Assembly (NCBI GenBank): GCA_051382295.1
Contig: JBBCAW010000089.1
Coordinates: 1 to 33,950 of the forward strand
DNA from: Bdellovibrionota bacterium FG-1
GTDB taxonomy: Bacteria > Bdellovibrionota > UBA1018
Reading direction: 5' to 3'
DNA length: 33,950 nucleotides
A program made the translations under genes and the position numbers. The first letter of the stretch is position 1, and every line of letters begins with the position of its first letter. A model generated the notes under the pieces. It searched no databases and was not told the origin of the DNA. It saw nothing but the letters and a program-made list of their open reading frames with translations. Positions 26,700-33,950 of this stretch are shown piece by piece.

Positions 26700-27614
26700 A
26701 TGCTAATGGAGCATAATAACGGCAGCCACCGAGGGAAGAAAATGGTTCCGCAGGACACCGGGCAAAACAAAACTATCCTTGCAGTAGACAGTAATCCAGA
26801 TGTTTTACAAATGATTTCAGAGTATTTCGCAAACACCCACTACGAGGTGGTCACCGCCGAAACCGGTGACGCGGCGAAAACGGCAATGCGTACTCGTGTC
26901 CAGAATCAACCACCCATACTTCTACTGAATTTGTCGGTCGGCGCTGAAAGTGGCTCCGACTTAGCCGAGTTCCTCGTTGAACATCATGCAGTGGCGGGCA
27001 TAATTCTCACGTCCCAGGCCTTCAATCCTCGTGAGGGTGTCCAATCTCTAATCGAAAAATGCGAGACATTCGACATTCCATTTTTTGAACTCACCACGCC
27101 CTTAAAGGGGGTGGACCTCGATTATCTCCTCGATCGAATCGAGCTTCACAAAGACGCCCCGGACCAACATACCGTCGAGGCCGCCGTGGCGCGCGCGATT
27201 TATCGCCGGCGTTTTACTTATCTCTATGCCGGAAGGCCCGGTAATATTTTACGAAAAGCACGCGAAACATTCGGACTTGATATCCCGGCGTTTACCGCAA
27301 TCGCTCGTGCGAATGACTTGCCCATCTCCGATGAATTCTACACGGAATACGAACAACACGATAAATCGGGCGAGCGCATTTCAGCCACTCATTGGTTTTA
27401 TCTCTGCGAGCTGTTGGAAATTTCAACCGACAGCATCAGTTTTGGGTATTGCGAACGGCTCCACCTGGGACGCATTCGACATGCAATCAACGAGGACACT
27501 ATTCGACTGCCCGTATCGGACGATCTCAAATCGCGTTTAGAGGCGTTGCGAAAAATGGAAGAGAAAGAGTCCAAGGAGTTTGAACGGGCGTTTTTCCAGC
27601 CCCGGACACATTAA
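26700..27614 (+). CDS. Pseudo-receiver domain plus XRE-like HTH regulator
   Basis: Receiver fold ILAVDSN..ILLLNL with Asn at the phospho-Asp position. C-terminal LRKARETFGL..ISATHWFYLCELLEI..SFGY. Confidence 0.7.
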   Translation: MLMEHNNGSHRGKKMVPQDTGQNKTILAVDSNPDVLQMISEYFANTHYEVVTAETGDAAKTAMRTRVQNQPPILLLNLSVGAESGSDLAEFLVEHHAVAGIILTSQAFNPREGVQSLIEKCETFDIPFFELTTPLKGVDLDYLLDRIELHKDAPDQHTVEAAVARAIYRRRFTYLYAGRPGNILRKARETFGLDIPAFTAIARANDLPISDEFYTEYEQHDKSGERISATHWFYLCELLEISTDSISFGYCERLHLGRIRHAINEDTIRLPVSDDLKSRLEALRKMEEKESKEFERAFFQPRTH

Positions 27615-27838
27615 AAGCACGGAAGATCAGCAAACCCTGCTGTCTGTGAACGCCGATCACTTGACTCTGACCGCACTATCCTCGATGCAGGGTGACTCCG
27701 GGATTGAACAACAGGCGCCTCTATTTGAGGGTGAATACCTGCGCACACTTCGTGAATCAGGTACCCTTCTTTCCTACAATAAATTTTTTTAAGAAAATCA
27801 CTCAAGCTTTGCGGCTTCATGACGAATAGTAAATGAGT

Positions 27839-27860
27839 TTATATAACAAAAGTTATAAAA
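27839..27860. promoter_or_regulatory. Dyad upstream of the acyltransferase, partly repeated at 26608-26621
   Basis: TTATATAAC-AAAA-GTTATAAAA. CAAAAGTTATAAAA (27847-27860) is the exact reverse complement of 26608-26621. Confidence 0.5.
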
Positions 27861-27874
27861 GATGGGGTTTCTAT

Positions 27875-28663
27875 ATGAAAGTCACGCCAATAGACGCGCC
27901 ACTCCCCTTGGACGGCATCAACCGAAACTTAAGAGTTGTCGTGCTCGACTGCCCCTACGACACCATCCAGAACGAGCAAACTCAGGGTTTATTTGCAAAA
28001 CTTGCCGCACTTAAAATAGCAGGCTATCAAGCAGAATACCCCTACGGCGCACTTCCCTTGGATACGACCGACTTTATTGCCGTTCATCTTCTTCTCTGTG
28101 AAGAGCGCTCAGGAAATCTACTACCATTAATGGGCTTCAAATCGGTCACAGCCAAACGCTGCGCGATTCACAATATTCCTTTCCCAGCCCACGGGGTTCT
28201 TCGTGGAAACGATCTTCCTGAATATGAAAAAGCGCTTGACGAGATCATTTCCACATCGAGAAGTAAGGGCCAGGAAATCGCGTACAATAGTTCTCTAACG
28301 GTTCATCCAGATGCACGACACGACAAGCAGCTCCGCCAACTATGCACCGACATGACGGTCGCGCTTTTTGTCAAATATTACCAAGAATATAAAATACCGA
28401 ATGTCATCGCCGCAGCGACACTGCGATTTAAGGTGCAGGTGGTTAAGGAATTTGCGGGTTTTGAATATTTGTCGCTAAACGGTTCACCGCTTCCGCCCTT
28501 CGATTGTAAACCCTTCTTTGGTGAAAAGGTCGCTCTCATGCATTTGCGTCAGTTCCGTGATGAGGCAAAGTTTTGGGCCAATCGCTACTCGTGCCTCTGG
28601 GACAACCGCCTGACTATCTCCACACAAAAGAAGATCGTACCATCAATAGCCGAAGCCGCTTAA
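27875..28663 (+). CDS. LuxI/FeeM-like GNAT-fold acyltransferase (putative signal synthase)
   Basis: LFAKLAALKIAGY..LPLDTTDFIAVHLLLC..MGFKSV parallels the LuxI R..F..W..D.FD..hll..R pattern. The call is by eye only. The start is 27875 or 27833. Confidence 0.55.
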   Translation: MKVTPIDAPLPLDGINRNLRVVVLDCPYDTIQNEQTQGLFAKLAALKIAGYQAEYPYGALPLDTTDFIAVHLLLCEERSGNLLPLMGFKSVTAKRCAIHNIPFPAHGVLRGNDLPEYEKALDEIISTSRSKGQEIAYNSSLTVHPDARHDKQLRQLCTDMTVALFVKYYQEYKIPNVIAAATLRFKVQVVKEFAGFEYLSLNGSPLPPFDCKPFFGEKVALMHLRQFRDEAKFWANRYSCLWDNRLTISTQKKIVPSIAEAA

Positions 28664-29589
28664 ACACACAGCGCGTGACTTTCGCGCATTTTGCGGATGA
28701 CTGGCAAAAAGTCGAGTTCAAAGCGACAAAGTCCATCCCCTGCCGACACACATTTTGTTTTTTTTACCTCAATCGTCGGAAAGTTCAAATAACCTGGGAT
28801 AGAGGCCATAAATCCTGTGCGCACCAAACAACCGACCCTGCTATTGATGTAATTGGCACCGATTACCGGAATTAACTCCCGATCCGGCACACCATCAATT
28901 GAACAGGTCGTTGCATCATGGAAGCGGATACTCCACTTGAAGTTTTTCTCGATATATTTTTCAAGCACGAACTCGCACATCATCTCAAAAAGCTCGCGAA
29001 GATTTCGTGCTTTCTGTAGTTCAATACCCATCGGGGAGTTCCGGTGCGTGTTGACGGCATTCCTCCCCATCTCAACAAGCAATTGCTCATTGCGATACTG
29101 CTTCAACACCCACGATCCAATGTCAACGGATAGGCGCAGGTTGATCGGAGCATCCGGATCGGTGAACATCGCCTCCGTCATCTGGAATCGCCGCAGGATT
29201 TGTAGTCTGCGCTCCCAGCCCAGGCGTTGCTCGACGTAATCCAGCAGATTCACCACAGAACGACGCTTACTGCTCGCGCCGTAAACATATTTCTCCGGTA
29301 TATAGCACTCGTTTCCAAAAAATTGCCGCGAAAGCGCGACGTAGTCGATGGCATTCGTTACGAGCGAGTCAAATCCGACGTTGATTACCTCCGCCAGCGC
29401 CATGGTCGAACGAATGAGGGGCTCCACATTGCGGGTTTTGAGATTCGTAAAATCCCGGCTTGTCAGCCGCATCAAGTCCGCCATCGCGGAGTCGCTCAGG
29501 GAAAGCGTCTCCTGAATGCGATTCAGCGTCTGCCATACTGGCGGTAGTGCTGACCTCGCTAAGAGGTCAGATTTATTTCGTACAGACAT
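28660..29589 (-). CDS. XRE-HTH plus V4R/HNOB-like ligand-binding protein
   Basis: N-terminal HTH and a C-terminal V4R signature (GCLVRTGF..VKKTKCVSAGDGLCRFEL). Confidence 0.7.
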   Translation of the reverse strand: MSVRNKSDLLARSALPPVWQTLNRIQETLSLSDSAMADLMRLTSRDFTNLKTRNVEPLIRSTMALAEVINVGFDSLVTNAIDYVALSRQFFGNECYIPEKYVYGASSKRRSVVNLLDYVEQRLGWERRLQILRRFQMTEAMFTDPDAPINLRLSVDIGSWVLKQYRNEQLLVEMGRNAVNTHRNSPMGIELQKARNLRELFEMMCEFVLEKYIEKNFKWSIRFHDATTCSIDGVPDRELIPVIGANYINSRVGCLVRTGFMASIPGYLNFPTIEVKKTKCVSAGDGLCRFELDFLPVIRKMRESHALCV

Positions 29590-30440
29590 CTTTTCATCCC
29601 CTTAAAATGGCACTCGATCTCTCGTACGCCAGCCGCTGAACCACCAACGTAACGAGTAAACCGCTTAACATACTCCTTCTTGTAATCGCACAGGAATGAA
29701 CCCAGGCTCGCACCCTTGTAGTCAAAATACTTCATTTCTGGCGAAGGTGTGACCGAAAGTGTCAGAAGATCGGCTTTTTCATCGCAAATCGCGTAAGAGA
29801 AGTTTGACTCGTATTTTGTGATATGTCCGAGCAGACTGCGCAAAAGCTGTTTTTTGGTGGCAGCGTGAACGTATTCATTATGCAGCCGACCGTGCATTTC
29901 AGCGGTGTCCAGCGGTTTTGTCATAGTGGCGATTTCGTCCCTCTTCAGATTTCCGCTCTCTATCAACCAGGTCACGAGTTCCAAATTGAAACGAATGTTT
30001 AATTGGTTGTCGTAAATGACAAAAAAATCGGGGTCGATATTGAGGTGTTTAAAATACTCCAATAGGCGTGCCTCCCCCAGTTTATCCGCGAAGAATCTTA
30101 TGAGTGGGCGAATGGCCCGCACCTTCGACCCCTGATGTCGCAGGTACTTTTGGGGAATCTTGAATCGGCTCTCCGGATATGTGGGTTCTGACGTAGCAGC
30201 CGAACAATTATCGATGAACCCCGACTTGTAGGAATGCTCGGATTCAATTCCAAACGCCTGGCAAAGTCGAAACCACTGCGAAGTCGATGGCATTAAGATG
30301 CCAGCTTCGATTTTTGACAGGGCTGCCTGAGACACTTGAAGAAGATTTGCGATGGTTCGCTGATCCTTCCCGATCAACTTCCTCCCTGCTCGAATCACTC
30401 GTGCTGTGCGTACTACATCTTGTTTTTCCTGCGGGGTCAC
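29559..30440 (-). CDS. XRE-HTH plus V4R/HNOB-like ligand-binding protein, paralogue
   Basis: IRAGRK..QRTIANLLQVSQAALSKIEAG, a KIPQKY..GSK linker (YIPEKY..SSK in the neighbour) and FLCDY..VREIECHFKGMKRCLYEI. GTG start with GAGGAAGG RBS. Confidence 0.75.
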   Translation of the reverse strand: MTPQEKQDVVRTARVIRAGRKLIGKDQRTIANLLQVSQAALSKIEAGILMPSTSQWFRLCQAFGIESEHSYKSGFIDNCSAATSEPTYPESRFKIPQKYLRHQGSKVRAIRPLIRFFADKLGEARLLEYFKHLNIDPDFFVIYDNQLNIRFNLELVTWLIESGNLKRDEIATMTKPLDTAEMHGRLHNEYVHAATKKQLLRSLLGHITKYESNFSYAICDEKADLLTLSVTPSPEMKYFDYKGASLGSFLCDYKKEYVKRFTRYVGGSAAGVREIECHFKGMKRCLYEINLTS

Positions 30441-30769
30441 GGGCCCTTCCTCTGAAGAAATAGATATTGTCTTCGATATAGCACTCTCATTTTGTCACGT
30501 CATGCCGAGATTTAAGATGGTGTGAAAAATCGTCTGTCTTCAAAAAGATTTCACCCCAATGGGAAAACCTATTTCGTGTCGGCGCCTACCAAAAAGGTTG
30601 CCTCCATCTTATCCCTCGACGTATGGGCTAGAGCGGCTTCGGCTGGTGTGGTCGGGTTGTTTGGCATGTGGCGCTTGGTTTTTAGGAGTTACAGAGGAGT
30701 TAGGACGAAAAAATAGCCATCCAGTCTCCTGAGTGGCTCTGCCTTAATGCATTGTTTTTATAGATTTTT

Positions 30770-31172
30770 TTGATTGGAGCGACCCCAATGGGTTTGGCGA
30801 TGTCTTGCAAGGCGTATTCGACCTCGACCTTATTGTTTGATTTACAGAGAAGCAGCCCAATACTTGGGCTGGTCATCTGGGTGCTTGAACTTGTCGTTGA
30901 TCACCGAAAGATAGAAATTGAGCTTGCCCGCGAACTCCGGCGCAAATGGGACTGTTTTTGGCTCAATGACCACAAAGCACAAGAGTCAGATGGTAAAAAA
31001 GCAAATCGACGTAGAAGTCCTTATTGCCGACATTAAGATGAACCTGGCGCCCCACGAATGCAAAGCCGACTCCAAGTTCAAGTAGGAACTTCTGGACGTG
31101 ATCGACGAGCCCCTGTTCGAGTTCTTGCTCCTTGGCCTCGGAAGCCAGGGTCAAAAAGTCGAAAATATAGGG
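30770..31172 (-). pseudogene. YhcG/DUF1016 PD-(D/E)xK nuclease fragment
   Basis: PYIFDFL..FLLELGVGFAFVGRQ..DLLFYH, a frameshift near 30980, then FVVIE..AGKLNFYL..SIGLLLCKS..VEYAL..PIGVA. Confidence 0.9.
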
Positions 31173-31420
31173 TCAGACGGTTGGGGGTCCTTGGATTAGA
31201 AAGCGCCTACCACGCCTATTGCAACGAACCGCAAGGCGAAGAAACCCGACCAACGCTCCATCTTCAAAAAAACAGGCAGAAACCTTATCACATCGACTAT
31301 GCGTTCTTGTCCCGGCCCCTTATCAAAAATCTTCGAGCCGTTTCCGTGGGGGCGTTTGACGATTGGATTGCACTCAGCGACCATGCGCCGTTGACCGTTG
31401 ATGTTGGGGGGCCATTTTAA
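31173..31420 (+). pseudogene. Endonuclease/exonuclease/phosphatase family, C-terminal fragment
   Basis: LESAYH..EETRPT..YHIDYAF..LSDHAPL. Confidence 0.8.
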
Positions 31421-31497
31421 GAATGCTGACACAAGCTGCGTGACTGCAAAATTTTCGAATGGAATCGATTCTAGGTACCTACTCGGAGACATCTGAT

Positions 31498-31911
31498 TCA
31501 GATCGGGGCAATTTGTGCATCGAGCTTGGACTCAACGTAGGCTTTGGCTTCTTCTACGGTCTTCTTCGCGAACTTCGAGTCCGTAACAGAGAGGGCCTTG
31601 GACCGGTACGAGGCGACATTTTTCAGTTTCAGTACATTGATGCAGTCTCTGGCAAGGCTCTTGAAGTCGGTGATCCCAATCCCATTCAATTGTTTGTGAA
31701 GGATCGTAGGAGCGCCCTCGTGACCATCTGAGCTCAAGTCCTTGCCAAATCGATTGACGGACAGAGCATCGAGATAATTTATTAAGGCGATGCAAAAATT
31801 GGTGACCGCAGCGTCAGAGTCCTTCTCTTTGTGTGACCAATTCGCCACCTTTTGATGCTGGTGGCCTTTACTCAAATAGCTGCTGAACTCCGCTTTATCA
31901 ACGGCTCGCAT
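31498..31911 (-). CDS. HEPN-domain protein (putative toxin)
   Basis: Helical, 137 aa, with SDGH and KNVASY (a variant of the Rx4-6H/Y motif). Overlaps the MNT gene. Confidence 0.7.
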   Translation of the reverse strand: MRAVDKAEFSSYLSKGHQHQKVANWSHKEKDSDAAVTNFCIALINYLDALSVNRFGKDLSSDGHEGAPTILHKQLNGIGITDFKSLARDCINVLKLKNVASYRSKALSVTDSKFAKKTVEEAKAYVESKLDAQIAPI

Positions 31912-32509
31912 TCTGTTTCCTTTCCCAAATCGGGATGCCTTCAGTTTTTACGTTCTTTAGATAGCGTCTCCCCATTGCTGAGTCATATTTCGCCTGTGTT
32001 TCGATTTGAAGATTAACCTTCAGTCCTACTTCGTTTCCGGCAGCCACCAACACCGAATTAAGTTCGAACTCCAGATCTGGGCTTTTCTTGGAAACGATAA
32101 CCAATAAATCGATGTCACTCGTGACCCTGAACTCGCCTCTCGCTGCGCTTCCAAATAGGACTACTTCCTCCACGGAGCTTCTCGCTTTTGAGGATAGTTG
32201 GTTCATTTGCCCTTTTATCCATTCGGGTAAAAGGCGCTGTTCTGCCGAGACGATTTCCTTGAGAAGTCTATTGGCGATTAGGGATGCCTTGTTCAGCGAA
32301 TAGACCGCAGATTTTCCGTGGCGCTCTTCATCCAGAACTCGTAGCTTAACGAGGTCAGGGATGTAGCGACTTACAGTGTTTTGGGGCGTTTTGATACTTC
32401 GAGCAAGCTGTGTCTGATTTTGACGCAGATCTGGGTTTCTTATGAAATACTGAACGATCTTCAACTTTACTTCAGGGTATAAACAAACATTCAGTATGCC
32501 GGTTGCCAT
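31898..32509 (-). CDS. wHTH plus minimal nucleotidyltransferase (MNT antitoxin)
   Basis: N-terminal wHTH (QTQLARSIK..TVSRY) and LFGSAARGE..SDIDLLVI. Confidence 0.88.
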   Translation of the reverse strand: MATGILNVCLYPEVKLKIVQYFIRNPDLRQNQTQLARSIKTPQNTVSRYIPDLVKLRVLDEERHGKSAVYSLNKASLIANRLLKEIVSAEQRLLPEWIKGQMNQLSSKARSSVEEVVLFGSAARGEFRVTSDIDLLVIVSKKSPDLEFELNSVLVAAGNEVGLKVNLQIETQAKYDSAMGRRYLKNVKTEGIPIWERKQNASR

Positions 32510-32515
32510 TTCTAA

Positions 32516-32573
32516 ATTATCCTTTTTTGGATTACATATGTCAATATTGGATTATATAATCCATAAATGGATT
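32516..32573 (-). promoter_or_regulatory. Sigma70 promoter and ATCC/GGAT dyads of the MNT-HEPN operon
   Basis: TTGACA (32544-32539), 17 bp, GATAAT (32521-32516). A perfect palindrome TGGATTATATAATCCA lies at 32548-32563, with related dyads on each side. Confidence 0.75.
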
Positions 32574-32755
32574 TATTTTGAGTTACTTACCCTATGTGGC
32601 TCAAGAAACTCGAGGTAAGTCTCCATTTGTGCAACCGGCGGTTGTACAAAGTTATCGTTTAATTTCAATGACTTACGTCTTCCTGTGCTCGCTCGTTTTG
32701 CCGTGCTGGCAGGCTTTTTTCCAGTGGTCGACTGCTTCTTTTTGATGCGTTTCAT
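32573..32755 (-). CDS. Small Lys/Arg-rich protein downstream of the integrase
   Basis: GGAG RBS and an MKRI start, both conserved in the second copy at 4078. Confidence 0.45.
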   Translation of the reverse strand: MKRIKKKQSTTGKKPASTAKRASTGRRKSLKLNDNFVQPPVAQMETYLEFLEPHRVSNSK

Positions 32756-32797
32756 CCGTGACTCCGAGTCTTATAGCATTGCTTTACCATCCTTCAG

Positions 32798-33007
32798 TCA
32801 ATCTTTCTTCCTGTGATCGTACAGGCTGACCACTTTTTCCATCACGACCGTCGCGGGAATTCCGCTTGAAATCAACTGCGTGGCGAAGCATGCGCGGAGA
32901 GCGTGAAATCGAATGGAGGGGATGCGGTTTCCCTCGCAGAAACCGCGAAGGACGCTGGCTTGAAGACCGCTGGAGCGGACCAAGGAATCGTTTTCGATAA
33001 ATTGCAA
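32798..33007 (-). pseudogene. Tyrosine integrase relic, copy 2
   Basis: Box [20 protein letters not shown] is present. The G(H/W)..Y segment and the N-terminal domains are not seen. Confidence 0.8.
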
Positions 33008-33329
33008 ATAAACGAAAATTTCGAAAATCGAAGCCCTTCGGGGCGCTCAGAACGCTCCAGACTTTCAAGCTGTGCCTTGACGGTATCGCCGGTAGGGAGC
33101 GTGACGGTGGTCCCGCGTGCAAGATCGGTGAAACGGGAGCTGTGGGCATGGGCCGAAATGATTTCGGACAGGGTAGTTTTCACTTGAGCACGTCCTTTCA
33201 GCGCGTTCGCGCTGGGCGGGGTAAGAGCAACGCATGAGCCAAAGGGTGCCCAAGATCTCAGATGTGGGCTGACGCGTCGAAACGATTTGCTTTTAGCATT
33301 TCGTAACGCAATGCAACATATTAGATTCT

Positions 33330-33444
33330 AACCAGAATCGACGAAGTTTCGTCGGAAGTGCGATAGAAAACACTGAAAAGGTGCTGAAATTAAATGGGAT
33401 TTATTGATAAACACGAAAGCAACGAAACTTCGTCGTTTTTGGTT
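33330..33444. repeat. 24-bp inverted repeat pair (33330-33353 / 33421-33444)
   Basis: AACCAGAATCGACGAAGTTTCGTC against the reverse complement AACCAAAAACGACGAAGTTTCGTT (21/24). Confidence 0.85.
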
Positions 33445-33508
33445 CGGTGAAATGGTTATCTAATTTGCTCGGGCCCCCTACAATTGGGGGAGGGGGACTT
33501 ATGCCTTT

Positions 33509-33771
33509 TCATCCAACCCAGCGGGCGGCTTTATTCTCGTTCGTGTTCGCGATAAGGTGTTTCAGCGCCTTTTTGCGCATTTGATAGGAATTGGCATGGG
33601 CCAACGTTCCAATGCGCGAGTTAACGCTCGTTACTAGGCTCAGTACTTCTGAATTCGGCAGGCGCGGTGCGAGTCGATGCGGGCGAAACGTGGTCGGACT
33701 TGGCGAGGACTCAAGTTTTCGCAACGCTTTAACAAAGCGCCATTTCTTAAGGGGTTCGGCAAAAATTTCCT
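33509..33771 (-). pseudogene. Possible reverse-transcriptase C-terminal (thumb) fragment
   Basis: The frame is open from the IS boundary: QEIFAEPLKKW..SVNSRIGTLAHANSYQMRKK. This resembles the S.NSY.G...HA.SY..R motif of DGR-like RTs. Confidence 0.4.
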
Positions 33772-33950
33772 GCTTATCCGGTTGTCACTTAATAGCATTT
33801 AAGCTACGGTGCGTCGCAGAGGATTTTAGCGATGCCAACTGCGGGTCAAAAGCCACCGCCACCGAAAAACTCCCCTCCTGAATATCCGATAACCCATCTG
33901 GACTTTCAGCTCATGTTTCCTGATGAGGCGGCATGCCTCCTCTATCTGGA
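33772..33950 (+). mobile_element. IS1595-family element, left end and transposase start (partial)
   Basis: AGAGGA RBS, then ATG 33832 MPTAGQ..EYPITHLDFQLMFPDEAACLLYL, matching the IS1595 N-terminal F..E..C..YL pattern. Candidate terminal IR begins GCTTATCCGGTTGTCAC. Confidence 0.7.

Noticed and set aside
30522..30716. 64-aa ORF
   Set aside because: It has no motif or convincing RBS and lies in a promoter/junction region.
1..33950. tRNA, rRNA or riboswitch genes
   Set aside because: None were recognised by eye. A tRNAscan-SE/Infernal run would be needed to exclude them.

Overview
A 34-kb accessory region. It is probably from a Bdellovibrionota/Oligoflexia-like genome, inferred from a TIGR02147-type HTH gene followed by a secreted 'GDKVGGGGD' protein; no searches were run. 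Intact-looking genes: ORF6N DNA-binding protein, toxin plus MqsA-like antitoxin, AbiEi-type antitoxin, AAA/DUF4143 ATPase, SWIM-SNF2 helicase, AlbA_2/Schlafen-HATPase-wHTH protein, GHKL ATPase with an Ig-like module, two GT2 glycosyltransferases, arsR-arsD-arsA, a MerR-thioredoxin-ArsP operon, FAD monooxygenase, bacterioferritin and an MNT-HEPN pair. These are interleaved with about 15 gene fragments joined at sharp junctions. The best candidate for an undescribed system is 26.6-30.4 kb. There a LuxI/FeeM-like acyltransferase is flanked by a pseudo-receiver-XRE-HTH gene and two convergent XRE-HTH proteins with V4R-type ligand-binding domains, no LuxR is present, and a 14-bp motif is shared upstream of the two plus-strand genes. 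Other notable items: a family of modular palindromic intergenic elements (two at gene breakpoints), twin integrase relics with the same abbreviated C-terminus, an ORF6N gene carrying a copy of its own upstream palindrome, and a possible reverse-transcriptase thumb fragment cut by an IS1595-like element at the right edge.
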